Shown in pieces: positions 19,640 through 29,570 of a stretch of DNA of 64,000 bases (position 1 is the stretch's first letter; the number at the start of each line of letters is the position of its first letter). The stretch is from Gemmatimonadota bacterium. Lineage in GTDB: Bacteria; Gemmatimonadota; Gemmatimonadetes; Gemmatimonadales; GWC2-71-9. The notes beneath the pieces were generated by a model that saw only the letters and a program-made list of their open reading frames with translations, had not been told where the DNA came from and ran no database searches. Made by a program: the position numbers and the translations under genes. The stretch is from positions 1-64,000 of the forward strand of contig JAZDCZ010000419.1 of NCBI GenBank assembly GCA_036679605.1, given 5' to 3'.

Positions 19640-19725
19640 CGGCCGTCATTCCGACTCTGGCACCGAGTTCGTGCTTGATCTCGTACTTGTCGGCAATGGC
19701 CGAGGTGAGGCGGGTCAGGATGTGT
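19640..19725 (-). pseudogene. Remnant of the N-terminus of a Ser/Thr protein kinase gene
   Basis: The minus strand reads ILTRLTSAIADKYEIKHELGARVGMTAV, resembling RL..ALADRY.IERELG.GGMATV of Hanks-type kinases. Nothing kinase-like follows. Confidence 0.55.
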
Positions 19726-19727
19726 TT

Positions 19728-19830
19728 CCACGACGGCTAAAGCCGCCGCTCGGCCAAGTGTCACTAAAGTGACGTCCGAGACTCGCGGTCGCTTCAGCGA
19801 CAAACGGCCGAGCCGCGAGTTTACTCGTGG
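19728..19830. repeat. ~103-bp REPIN/BIME-like element
   Basis: CCACGACGGCTAAAGCCGCCGCTCGGC, spacer hairpins GTCACTAAAGTGAC and GTCGCTTCAGCGAC, then GCCGAGCCGCGAGTTTACTCGTGG. Confidence 0.65.
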
Positions 19831-19840
19831 GAATCTTCAA

Positions 19841-20911
19841 TCAGTTGTTCTCATCCAGCAACTCGTAAACCCGTTGAACCGCCAGCAGACTGACGCCCGG
19901 CCCGGTGATATTGGCGTAGTGATCGGAGTGGGTGCTCATGTCGATGCGCTGCGCCGCATCTGCGGCCGAAACACCCGCGCCGTGCATACGCTCGGCCTGA
20001 CGTTGAAAATCTCGTAAGTAGGCCTGGAAATAGTCGATCTTTTCCTTTTCTTGAAACGCGCTCCCGTGCCCGGGCAGGATGATGTCGAACTCGAGTCCCT
20101 TCAAGAACTCCAACGTCTCTACCCATTCCGTTAGATACCCGTCGCCCATGTAGGCGAGACCGTTGGTCAGCAGGTCTCCGGTTACGAGCACACGTTCCTG
20201 TGGCAAATGGACAACGACATCACCGCCGGTGTGCCCACGGCCGAAGAACAGCAACCGGATCTCCCGGTCACCCCGAAAGAGCGTCATCCGTTGCGCCAGC
20301 GTGGTCGTGGGCGCAGCCGGTTCGATGGAATTGGTGGCAGCCAGATAGCGCTCCTGGACGATCAACCGTTGCTCTAACTCACTTTGCTGTTCGGCGTCGC
20401 TCGTCGTGTCGATCCGCGCTTTCAACTGCGCGATTTGGTCGGGGAGGGTTCCCACAAAAGCGTCGTAAGACCGGCCGCTCTGAGACTTGCCACCCACCAC
20501 CATCTCGCGCGTGAACTCGTGGCCTATGATCTCCACATCGTCGGGAAAAACCTGATTCCCGTGCAAATGATCGAAGTGGAAGTGTGTATTCACCACATAC
20601 CGGATGGGCTTGTCGGTAATGGATTTGAGTTCCCGCATCATCGCCCACTCGGCCGCAGGCGTCATATGGGAATCCACCAGCAGAACGTCCTTCTCGTTGA
20701 CAATCACTACGCTGTTCGCCCCAACCACCAAATTGCCGGTGCCTACCGCGTGGTAGATGCCTTGCCGGATCTCATTGAACGTGAATGCCTGTCCCTCATA
20801 CTCCGCTCCCGGGGGAGGCGGAATCTCCGGCTGCGATTGCTCGATCTCACACGCGAACGTGAAGAGAGCGACCATCAAGATGGGGTAGGTCCGACTAGTT
20901 AGTCGCGCCAT
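19841..20911 (-). CDS. MBL-fold metallo-hydrolase (cyclase-like), lipoprotein
   Basis: NTHFHFDHLHGN, GHTGGD, TGDL, PGHG. TFAC lipobox. Confidence 0.9.
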   Translation of the reverse strand: MARLTSRTYPILMVALFTFACEIEQSQPEIPPPPGAEYEGQAFTFNEIRQGIYHAVGTGNLVVGANSVVIVNEKDVLLVDSHMTPAAEWAMMRELKSITDKPIRYVVNTHFHFDHLHGNQVFPDDVEIIGHEFTREMVVGGKSQSGRSYDAFVGTLPDQIAQLKARIDTTSDAEQQSELEQRLIVQERYLAATNSIEPAAPTTTLAQRMTLFRGDREIRLLFFGRGHTGGDVVVHLPQERVLVTGDLLTNGLAYMGDGYLTEWVETLEFLKGLEFDIILPGHGSAFQEKEKIDYFQAYLRDFQRQAERMHGAGVSAADAAQRIDMSTHSDHYANITGPGVSLLAVQRVYELLDENN

Positions 20912-20984
20912 AGGAAGGATCTCGCTTGTTGGGTCACCGCTAAAGATGACCGCGAGGTCGCCCGACCGTAAGCGTCCGCCTCGC

Positions 20985-23432
20985 CTACTCCGCCTTTAGG
21001 ACTTCGATGGGATTCACCTTGGTAGCCCGCCTCGCCGGCACGAAACACGCCACCGCAGCTACGACGCCAAGGACCAGTGGGGCGGTCACGAACGTGGTCA
21101 CGTCCGTCGCACTCACCTCGAACAGCAACGATGACATCATCCTCGTCAACCCGATCGCACCTAGGACCCCCAGGGCGAGGCCCGTGCCCGCCAAAGTCAT
21201 TCCTTGCTTCAGAACCATTGTGAGAACGCTGGATGCGCTCGCGCCCAGAGCCATTCGGGTACCGATTTCCTTACTGCGTTCCGCCACCGAGTAGGACATC
21301 ACGCCATAGGTCCCTACCGCCGCAAGGGAGAGTGCCACGGCCGCGAATACGCCCAGGAGCAGCATCAGAAACCGGGGTTGTGCGACGGAACCACTGAACA
21401 CGCCTTCCATGGACTGCAGGTTCGCCAGCGGGAGCGACGCGTCCATGGACGCCACCTCGCCCCGTGCTGCCGACGCCAGCGCAGGCGGCGGCAGCGTAGT
21501 TCGCATAACCACGTTCATGGTTCTCGGAAACGAGCCAACAGCCGATGCCTCGGGTAGATGAAAGTACATCTCGGTTCCCGTCTCTTGCCCCAGTCCTCCC
21601 TGCTTCACGTCTTTGACAATTCCTACCACCGTAAACCAGGGCACCGGATCATTCCACGCAGGACGCAGCCGCTGCCCGATGGGATTACGATCGGGCCAAA
21701 AAACCTTCGCCATCGTTTCGTTCACTACCGTAACCGGCGCGTCTGGGATAGCATCTGAAGTCGTAAACAGGCGGCCATCGACAAGATCGATTTTCATGGT
21801 CTCGAAATAGTTGGTGGACACGAACTGCCAGTAGTCGACGTTGTGGGGCGGCCCTTCGGGAGTCTCTTCCAGTCCCTCGAACACCATGGTGTTGGCATTG
21901 ATCCGCCGAATGGGAGGGAGCCCGCTCATCGCCGCCGCGGACTCTACTCCGGGCATCGACGATAGACGTTGCGTGGCGCGGTCGAAAAAGCTCAACTGAT
22001 CTTCGAACTGTGGATAGTTCGCCTGTGGCAGAAACAACCTAAACGTAAGTAGACCGCGCGGCTCAAAGCCCGGGTTGACCTGTTGCAGAGCCGCAAAGCT
22101 GCGCAGCATCAGGCCGGAACCGACGACCAACACCACCGCGAGCGCAACCTCGGAAACCACCAACAGCCTGCGCAGCTTGAGGCGGGCCGAACCGGCGGTG
22201 GCTCGTTGCCCCCCTTCTCTGAGCGCCATACCTAGGTTGGCCGCGGAAAGATGCAGCATCGGAGCCAATCCGAAGAGCACTCCGGTTACGACCGACACCG
22301 CAAGAGTGAACCCGAGGACCTGCATATCCAGTCCGATCTCCGCCACCCGAGGTATGCTGCCGGGACTCGCGGCCAGAAGCGCCTTGACACCCCAATGAGC
22401 GAGCAGCGTGCCCACCGTTCCCCCGATGAGCGATAACGCGACGCTTTCCGTAACGAACTGCCTGAGCAACCTGCCAACGCCGGCGCCCAACGCCGTACGC
22501 ACAGCGATCTCCCTTTGGCGCGACTCGGCCTTGGCCAGCAGCAGGTTCGCAACGTTGGCGCAGGCAATCAGCAACACGAACCCCACAGCCCCCAACAGCA
22601 TCATCAGGGTCGGACGAACGTCGCCCACCACTTGCTCTTTCAGATCCTCGAATGCGACACGATGAGTGGATTCGTTCGGCGTGTGCTGCCCAGGATTGGT
22701 CTGCGGCCACTGCGACAATATCGGCTCCAACTCGGCCTCGGCCTGCTGGAGCGTCGCTCCTTCGGCAAGCCTGCCCACCAAGTAGAGATAGTGGCCGCCC
22801 CGCGAGCCGGGATTGGCGGGATCCAGACCCAATGGGATGAAGGCCTCGACACCGCTGTCATTGATGTCGAAACCCGGCGGCATCACACCCACGACGGTTC
22901 TTTGGACTCCGTCCACCTCGAGAGTCCTGCCGACCAAGGATCGGTCACCAGCAAAGGCTGTGCGCCAGAGACCATCAGAGAGAACGACCACCGGTTCTCC
23001 ACCGGGGAGATCCTCTTCGCTGTTGAAGACCCGTCCGAGAGCCGCCGGTACGTCAAGGGTAGCAAATAACTCCGCCGAGTGGAACGCCGCTGTCACACGC
23101 ATGGGCTGATCGCCGCTGCTAACACTTACCGCTCCCGTGACATAGGCTCCCATGTGTGAAAACGAACTGCTTCGCTCTTGAAGCTCGAGGTATTCCGGCG
23201 CCGACATCCAGAATTGGTCGAACCCCAGGCCCGGGAATTGGCTCGTGATGAACACCAGCCTCTCTGAATCTCGGTACGCCAGCGGCCTTAGCACGACGCC
23301 GTTTACGACACTGAAGATGGCGCTGTTCGCTCCGATGCCCAACGCCAACGTCAGTATGGCGACGGCAGCAAAGCCCGGATTTTTGGCGAGCGTGCGGAAG
23401 GTGTAACGGATATCACTCAGCAAAGAGTTCAT
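20985..23432 (-). CDS. ABC transporter permease, duplicated MacB/FtsX (ADOP-type)
   Basis: TLALGIGANSAIFSVV, LLIACANVANLLL, REIAVRTALGAG, VPARRATKVNP. Confidence 0.93.
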   Translation of the reverse strand: MNSLLSDIRYTFRTLAKNPGFAAVAILTLALGIGANSAIFSVVNGVVLRPLAYRDSERLVFITSQFPGLGFDQFWMSAPEYLELQERSSSFSHMGAYVTGAVSVSSGDQPMRVTAAFHSAELFATLDVPAALGRVFNSEEDLPGGEPVVVLSDGLWRTAFAGDRSLVGRTLEVDGVQRTVVGVMPPGFDINDSGVEAFIPLGLDPANPGSRGGHYLYLVGRLAEGATLQQAEAELEPILSQWPQTNPGQHTPNESTHRVAFEDLKEQVVGDVRPTLMMLLGAVGFVLLIACANVANLLLAKAESRQREIAVRTALGAGVGRLLRQFVTESVALSLIGGTVGTLLAHWGVKALLAASPGSIPRVAEIGLDMQVLGFTLAVSVVTGVLFGLAPMLHLSAANLGMALREGGQRATAGSARLKLRRLLVVSEVALAVVLVVGSGLMLRSFAALQQVNPGFEPRGLLTFRLFLPQANYPQFEDQLSFFDRATQRLSSMPGVESAAAMSGLPPIRRINANTMVFEGLEETPEGPPHNVDYWQFVSTNYFETMKIDLVDGRLFTTSDAIPDAPVTVVNETMAKVFWPDRNPIGQRLRPAWNDPVPWFTVVGIVKDVKQGGLGQETGTEMYFHLPEASAVGSFPRTMNVVMRTTLPPPALASAARGEVASMDASLPLANLQSMEGVFSGSVAQPRFLMLLLGVFAAVALSLAAVGTYGVMSYSVAERSKEIGTRMALGASASSVLTMVLKQGMTLAGTGLALGVLGAIGLTRMMSSLLFEVSATDVTTFVTAPLVLGVVAAVACFVPARRATKVNPIEVLKAE

Positions 23433-23573
23433 GGTCGGTACTCCGGTCTCCAGTCGAAGGCGGGTCTTCGGTGCCAGCTACTAACCCAAGGAGTTGTCAA
23501 ATGCTAATCGGCCGAGGATCACCCTGCCACGCCATTAGACGGTCAGACGGAGCCAATAGTTGGAACCCGCTTC

Positions 23574-24467
23574 CTACCCTCCGGCTAGGCTCTGGTAGAC
23601 CCCTCGAACGAACCGCTCAGGCTTGCTACCCCACGTAGCATCCAACTCAGCCGTCGGTTTCGCAGCGACCACTTCGTCCTCTGACTTGCCATCGTTGACC
23701 ATCGTCTGAATGCGATCCCGAACCTCGATCAACATGTCGCGGTAGGCTCGAACTTCGGCTGGGCCCGATAGCGCACCGTGGCCTGGAATGAACTTGGTGC
23801 TCGAATTGGTGACCGCGAGAATTCGCTCTGCAGCGGCAATCACGCCGTTTACTCCACCGCCACTCTCGACGTCAATGAACGGATATCTGCCGTTGAAGAA
23901 GGTGTCTCCCATATGCACCACGTTGGCATCCACGAAATGGACGATTGCATCGCCATCGGTGTGAGCGTGCTCTACGTGAAAAACGTGGATCTTATGTTCG
24001 TTCCAATAAAAATTGACGGCATCGGTAAACGTGACCACCGGTAGGGCATCAGGAGGAGACTGATTAGTACGGCCAATTACATCGCCGAATTCATCGGGGT
24101 TCAAACGCCTCCGCACGTTCTCGTGAGCCACTATCATCGCGCCGGCTTTGCCGAGGTTCTCGTTCCCGCCAGTGTGATCGCCATGCCAGTGAGTATTGAG
24201 AACGAAACGAACGGACTTGTCGGTTACCTCGGCGATTGCTGCCAAGATCTTGTCGGTGAGCGGGGCAAATTGATCGTCGATTACGAATGCACCATCCGTT
24301 CCGACAGATAACCCAATATTCCCGCCACGTCCCTCTAACATGTAGATGCCGTCCGCAACCGAGATGGTCTTGATCTGGACATCCTGTATGTTCTGTTGTG
24401 CAGCCAACGGAACAACTGCCAACACAAAGTAGCCTATGGCTATGCTCACGATTTGACGTAGCTTCAT
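23574..24467 (-). CDS. Secreted MBL-fold metallo-hydrolase (cyclase-like)
   Basis: NTHWHGDHTGGN, AHTDGD, HMGD, PGHG. Start MKLRQ after GGAGG. Confidence 0.9.
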   Translation of the reverse strand: MKLRQIVSIAIGYFVLAVVPLAAQQNIQDVQIKTISVADGIYMLEGRGGNIGLSVGTDGAFVIDDQFAPLTDKILAAIAEVTDKSVRFVLNTHWHGDHTGGNENLGKAGAMIVAHENVRRRLNPDEFGDVIGRTNQSPPDALPVVTFTDAVNFYWNEHKIHVFHVEHAHTDGDAIVHFVDANVVHMGDTFFNGRYPFIDVESGGGVNGVIAAAERILAVTNSSTKFIPGHGALSGPAEVRAYRDMLIEVRDRIQTMVNDGKSEDEVVAAKPTAELDATWGSKPERFVRGVYQSLAGG

Positions 24468-24549
24468 CTGTCCTCCGGGAGTAATCGATTGGTCACGAGG
24501 TTCACTCAATCTGCTGCCGTGCAGATGGAATGCAAGTCTAGCTAAAAAT

Positions 24550-25545
24550 TCAGCCGGTCCGCGTGTTTTGACAGGAGCTGCTACCGGAATCCCAGACGAG
24601 TCCATCAGTGGTAATGAACTGCCAGTCGTAACTATCACGATGAAGGACGAGCTTCAACACGCCAAAATGCTCAGAGGTTGAACGACGCAATGCACCGGCT
24701 GTGAGAAACGTAGCTGGCCGCAATTCTCCGCCTCCTGTTCCCACCACAAACTCGCGAATCCCCATCGAACTCGGCTCGCCCTCTACAGTCTGCGGTTCGA
24801 AACTTTGGTAGTTGTGATCATGACCGGCTACCAGAATATCCACCCCGTGATCGGCGAGCAGTCGCCACACACCCTCCATGTCTTTGCTGTCCTTGTGCTT
24901 GCCGGCACTGAATCGCGGATGGTGCGTATATGCAATCGAGCAACCTTCGGAATGTGTCTCTAGGTTGGCGTTCAACCAGTCCCACTGTCTCGATTTTGGG
25001 CGGATACGACCTTTCGCACTATTGAGTGCATAGACTCCCCAGCGGCCGTGCCGGTAGTAATACCATCCTTCGTTGGCCGCGCCCGCTTGATCATCGAAGG
25101 CGTTGAAATACCTGAAATATGGAGACGCATTGCCGCCGAATAGGAACCACAGAAAGCCATTTTTATACTCGTGGTTTCCGGGCACCGGACGCGTTATTCG
25201 GCCAAATCGGCCCCATGTCGGTCCGTAGCAGTCGGCGAAATTGCGCCCCGTCCCTCGTTCATAGACTAGGTCTCCTGCCGCAAAGATCCACGTTGGAAAG
25301 GTGGCCGCTTTGAGCAAACTGTCGATCAGGCCGGCAGTCATTTCGTCTCCTTCGGAGTCGCATTTGGCTATGTCTCCCGCTCCAATCAGTGCGACGGTGC
25401 CAGCTTCATCAGCCCGAGTGGGACCACCATAAGGCACCCCCGCAGTTCCGATTCTTGCGCTGGATGTTACATCGCTGGAGAAGCTGGAGCATGACAGCCA
25501 CACAGTCGCAGATACGATCAGATAAACGCACTTCAGTACCTTCAT
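24550..25545 (-). CDS. Calcineurin-like metallophosphoesterase
   Basis: GDIA, GDLVY, GNHEY, HHP, GHDHNY, VVGTGG. Confidence 0.9.
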   Translation of the reverse strand: MKVLKCVYLIVSATVWLSCSSFSSDVTSSARIGTAGVPYGGPTRADEAGTVALIGAGDIAKCDSEGDEMTAGLIDSLLKAATFPTWIFAAGDLVYERGTGRNFADCYGPTWGRFGRITRPVPGNHEYKNGFLWFLFGGNASPYFRYFNAFDDQAGAANEGWYYYRHGRWGVYALNSAKGRIRPKSRQWDWLNANLETHSEGCSIAYTHHPRFSAGKHKDSKDMEGVWRLLADHGVDILVAGHDHNYQSFEPQTVEGEPSSMGIREFVVGTGGGELRPATFLTAGALRRSTSEHFGVLKLVLHRDSYDWQFITTDGLVWDSGSSSCQNTRTG

Positions 25546-25684
25546 CTCACCCTCATCAATGTCTCGAATCGATCCATCGCGGCACCAGAATATAGTGAGC
25601 TAAATCACGGGCCGCTTGACCGCTGGGCCTGTAACTTGCATTAATGACGCGAATCTCAACTCCGACTCAAACGCCGAGGATAGC

Positions 25685-26377
25685 ATGAACACCGTCCGAA
25701 GTCAGAAGAAAAAGCCGGCCACACTAGCGTCCAATCTGTGCGCGATGATCCTTCTGGCGGTCGCGCCAGCCAGTCTGGCCGCTCAGGGAGTAGGCATAGC
25801 CATCCACGGAGGCACGCTGGGTATAGGTGCGGACCTAGCCGTTTCCCCATCCTCACGAATTGCTCTCAGAGGCGGCGTCAACTTCATACCGATCGACATC
25901 GACGTCACTTATTCCGGCACTCCTATCACCATCGATCCGCCATCGCCGCAATATTCCGCTTTTCTCGACCTGTTCCTCATCGGAGGACTGCGCATTACCG
26001 GCGGCGCACTTTTCTCACCCGACGATGTGTCGCTATCGGGCAACTTCCCGGGCAGCATCGAAATCGGCAATACCACGTATTCCCTTTCCGAAATCGGGAC
26101 CCTGACGGGAATCATCCGGAACGACGACGTCGCGCCATATGTCGGCATAGGTTGGGGAAATCCCGCCGGCAGTAGGTTCGGATTCTTCTTGGATCTAGGC
26201 ATAGCATTCCAAGGAAAACCTACGGTTCTGCTCGCGGCCAATGGAACGGCAGTGTCTACCATTCCGCAGTTTGCGGCCGACCTTGAGCAGGAGCGCCAGG
26301 ATTTCGAGGACAGCATAGATCTCTTCAGGTATTACCCAGTAGCCTCGATTGGATTCTCGATAGGCCTATCTCGATAG
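25685..26377 (+). CDS. Putative outer-membrane beta-barrel protein
   Basis: GAGGA RBS, signal peptide, GTLGIG, APYVGIGWGN, C-terminal YPVASIGFSIGL. Confidence 0.7.
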   Translation: MNTVRSQKKKPATLASNLCAMILLAVAPASLAAQGVGIAIHGGTLGIGADLAVSPSSRIALRGGVNFIPIDIDVTYSGTPITIDPPSPQYSAFLDLFLIGGLRITGGALFSPDDVSLSGNFPGSIEIGNTTYSLSEIGTLTGIIRNDDVAPYVGIGWGNPAGSRFGFFLDLGIAFQGKPTVLLAANGTAVSTIPQFAADLEQERQDFEDSIDLFRYYPVASIGFSIGLSR

Positions 26378-26421
26378 ATCAATTCGGAGTAGACTAGCCG
26401 AGAGGTCCAGAAACTCAACAC

Positions 26422-26473
26422 GTTGCGCTGGATCTCTGGAGTCCGGGTTCTAACTTCAGAGATCCAGCTCAAC
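26422..26473. terminator. Long inverted repeat between convergent genes
   Basis: GTTGCGCTGGATCTCTGGAG ... CTTCAGAGATCCAGCTCAAC forms a ~20-bp stem with a 12-nt loop. Confidence 0.55.
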
Positions 26474-26509
26474 AGTGGCTACGTTTTTCACCACGGGGAC
26501 ATCGCCGAA

Positions 26510-27967
26510 TTAGTCGTTGACGGAAGGTGCGTCGCCTGTCCAGTACTCTGAAGACAGTTCTGCATCGCTGGCCGTAATCTCGGGAAGCGAGCCAGACGGT
26601 CTTGGAGAAAAGAAGCTCCATCCGAACACCAATCCGATTGCTCCCGCAAGCGCACTTGCCAGCAGTACCGACAGTTTGGCGATCGCCAGCAGTTGTTCTT
26701 GCTCGAACGCCAATTCGGAGACGAAGATGGCCATCGTGAAACCGATCCCGGCCACGGATCCCATCACAAACATGCCCCGCCAGTCCACTCCATCAGGCAG
26801 CGAGCAAAGCTTCAATCGCACAGCGATCCAACTCGCGGCCATGATTCCCAGAGGCTTGCCGAGCACGAGTCCAACAGTCACTCCGCCGAACACCGCCAAG
26901 AAGTTGGGAGATCCTAGCTCTACTCCTGACAGATGGACGCCGGCGTTGGCCAAAGCGAAGAGCGGCATGATGAAATACGCTACCCAAGGATGTAGCGCCA
27001 TCTCCACTCGGAGCGCCGGTGAGAGCGCTTCACGTCGAGCCTGCGCCAACCGACTCAGCGGAGCGAGCAGATCGTGATCATCGTGAGGTTGGTCGATGCG
27101 AGCCTGAAAATCATCCAACGCCTCGCGCGCAGTCTCCAGAAATCCCTTCTTGCCAAACCACGAGCGTGCCGGTGCACATAGCCCCGCAATCACGCCGGCG
27201 ATGGTCGGGTGCACTCCAGTTCTCAACATACCCACCCAAATAATGAGAATCGGGACCGCAAACACGAAACTGGGCCGCACCCCCATCTTGAGAAGCGCGA
27301 ACAGAATCAGGATTCCTGCGGCTGCTACCAGAAGCCCGTCGAAAGCAAAACCAGCGGAGTAGAACAACGCTATTACCAGTATCGCACCGATGTCATCGAT
27401 GATTGCCAATGCTAGCAGTAACACACGCAACGTGGCCGGAATGCGGCTTCCCAGCAGGGTCAATACACCGACTGCGAACGCAATGTCCGTAGCCATCGGC
27501 ACGCCCCATCCATGAATGGCACCGGCCGTCGAATTGAAGGCGACATACATCACGGCCGGCACCAGCATGCCTCCTATGGCGGCGGCAATCGGTAACATAG
27601 CGCGCCTCACATCGGATAACGCGCCTTCGACAATCTCACGCTTGATCTCCAGGCCCACGAGGAGAAAGAACGCGGTCATGAGCAGGTCGTTTATCCAGAA
27701 GTGGAGCGACTCCTCGATGCGCCAGGTTCCGACGCCGATCGAGATCGGTGTGTGCCATAGTTGATCGTATGTTGAGGACCAAGGCGAATTAGCCCACGCA
27801 AAGGCAACGGCCGCAGTGATCAAGAGCAGTATCCCGCCCGCGGCCTCTACATGGAGGAACCGGTCCATGGACCCCTTGACGCTCTGGGCCAAACGCTGGG
27901 CGGGAAGCCACGCTTCTGGTGGCAGGCTCGGGTAGGTTCTACGAGAATCTGCGGGCGGTCTGGACAC
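26510..27967 (-). CDS. nhaA: Na+/H+ antiporter NhaA
   Basis: WINDLLM, GLEIKRE, PMATDIAFA, LAIIDDIGA, GKPLGI, GIGFTMAIF. Confidence 0.95.
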   Translation of the reverse strand: MSRPPADSRRTYPSLPPEAWLPAQRLAQSVKGSMDRFLHVEAAGGILLLITAAVAFAWANSPWSSTYDQLWHTPISIGVGTWRIEESLHFWINDLLMTAFFLLVGLEIKREIVEGALSDVRRAMLPIAAAIGGMLVPAVMYVAFNSTAGAIHGWGVPMATDIAFAVGVLTLLGSRIPATLRVLLLALAIIDDIGAILVIALFYSAGFAFDGLLVAAAGILILFALLKMGVRPSFVFAVPILIIWVGMLRTGVHPTIAGVIAGLCAPARSWFGKKGFLETAREALDDFQARIDQPHDDHDLLAPLSRLAQARREALSPALRVEMALHPWVAYFIMPLFALANAGVHLSGVELGSPNFLAVFGGVTVGLVLGKPLGIMAASWIAVRLKLCSLPDGVDWRGMFVMGSVAGIGFTMAIFVSELAFEQEQLLAIAKLSVLLASALAGAIGLVFGWSFFSPRPSGSLPEITASDAELSSEYWTGDAPSVND

Positions 27968-28115
27968 CTGCCGAAGTTACTCGGGCATCAATGGTTGGCA
28001 ATCCTTTCACGATGGAGCACCACCTCCCCTGAAACCCTCAGACCTACCCGCCTCGTACATCGTTCCAACAGCGGTACCATCACCTAATACACAGCTACGC
28101 GTTGGGAATCGATCT

Positions 28116-28437
28116 ATGGAGACAATTCTCAAGGACATCCGTTTTGGGGGCAGAATGCTGGTCAAAAACCCGCTCGGCGCCCAGACACGTGACGTGGTTT
28201 CGTTAGTGCTGAAGCAGGGACTAGTTCAACTCGGTATTGGGCTCACTGCGGGGTTCGGGCTTGCGGCACTATTGTCGAACATGATGGAGATCGTGCTCTT
28301 TCGGGTTCAGCCGATGGACATCACCATTTTCCTGACGATACCGCTGGTGCTCATCGTGACAGGGCTCCTCGCCTGTCTTCGTGCCGGCCCGCCGAGCAAC
28401 TCGCGTAGATCCGATGGTGGCCCTACAATACGACTAG
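28116..28437 (+). pseudogene. Collapsed ADOP-type ABC permease (N-terminal 19 aa fused to the last ~87 aa, plus a frameshift)
   Basis: METILKDIRFGGRMLVKNP|LGAQTRDVVSLVLKQG..., with a +1 shift near 28380 before VPARRATRVDPMVALQYD*. Confidence 0.85.
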
Positions 28438-28448
28438 CTCGGCTGTAA

Positions 28449-29570
28449 TCAGGGAGTCCACTCCGAGTGGAAGGCGAAGCGAAACCCAGTGAAGTCGACT
28501 GAGCTGCCCTCGCTTTTCACAAAGCCAGTGATACCCTCTCCCTGGAGCACCAACGCGAAATGCCGGCTCAGTTCGTGTCGCAAGTCGAGACCTGCCCGAA
28601 ACGAGCGGCCTGCAACACGCAACTTTGTGTCCGTGTCACTCCTCGCCGTACGGGAATCTCTAAGCTCGGCCCGCGGAGTAAAAGAGGTACGCACGCCCAT
28701 TCTGAACCCCCAACGCATACCGGCTGCCAACAAATTGCCCCGCGGCAGTATGGCCGAACCCACTCCGGTGGCTTCGATCTGTGGGTTGGTGCGAAACACA
28801 TCGAAGCCGTATATCGTGAGCGCCGTCGAGCCGATGCGTTGGTTCAGCGATACATAATTGACGATTCTATCACCCACACCGTTCTGCGTAACACTGCCAA
28901 CCTCATCGTCGGTTCGCATCGAATAGATACTCGCCAATCGAAGGTAGGAATTGCGACCGATCGGACCCTCTATTCCCGTACGGATCTGTACCTCGTCACC
29001 CGGGTCGAGCTTACTGGCTTGACCTACTACCGGTCGGAATTTCAATTCGTTGCGGTAGGTGGCGCCCAATCCGATGGCCCAACGACCCACGGGAATGGCG
29101 CCTGAGAACCCTCCCCCGATATTGCCGCCACTACCCAGATTTGAACCGGCGAATCCGATTATGTCGCTGGCCAAACCACCTAGAACGGTCAATTCTTCCT
29201 GACTCACCGTTTCATCCCCGGTCGGGATCGAGCCGTTCGCAATAAGCAACAGCCGGCCTGGTATCACACTCCACGTGAAACGTAGTTGTGTGTCCAACGC
29301 CCCAGACACCGTCTGGTCGGGCTCAGTGCGTGAGCTTAGATCTACGGTCACATAGCCCGTCGAGATAGCTAGACTGCCGCGATTGCTCACCGGTATGTCG
29401 ATACCAACGGGCACCGTAACCTCGGTCAATCTCCTGAAGGGTAGGCCGGCATCGAACGTGTAGCTCTCGACAAGGACTGCCGTACGGAAACCGATCGGTA
29501 TCTGGGCGACGCCCGGACTGGACATCAATGCAAGCATCGCTAGTGGGAGAATTATGACGGTGCGTTTCAT
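28449..29570 (-). CDS. Putative outer-membrane beta-barrel protein
   Basis: Signal peptide, alternating amphipathic strands, terminal FRFAFHSEWTP. Confidence 0.65.
   Translation of the reverse strand: MKRTVIILPLAMLALMSSPGVAQIPIGFRTAVLVESYTFDAGLPFRRLTEVTVPVGIDIPVSNRGSLAISTGYVTVDLSSRTEPDQTVSGALDTQLRFTWSVIPGRLLLIANGSIPTGDETVSQEELTVLGGLASDIIGFAGSNLGSGGNIGGGFSGAIPVGRWAIGLGATYRNELKFRPVVGQASKLDPGDEVQIRTGIEGPIGRNSYLRLASIYSMRTDDEVGSVTQNGVGDRIVNYVSLNQRIGSTALTIYGFDVFRTNPQIEATGVGSAILPRGNLLAAGMRWGFRMGVRTSFTPRAELRDSRTARSDTDTKLRVAGRSFRAGLDLRHELSRHFALVLQGEGITGFVKSEGSSVDFTGFRFAFHSEWTP

Noticed and set aside
25624..25640. Sigma54 motif GGGCCTGTAACTTGCA before the barrel gene
   Set aside because: Spacing is right but the -24 element is weak, so chance is likely.
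26422..26473. Integron attC site
   Set aside because: No proper RYYYAAC...GTTRRRY ends, no cassette array or integrase. Better explained as a hairpin between convergent genes.
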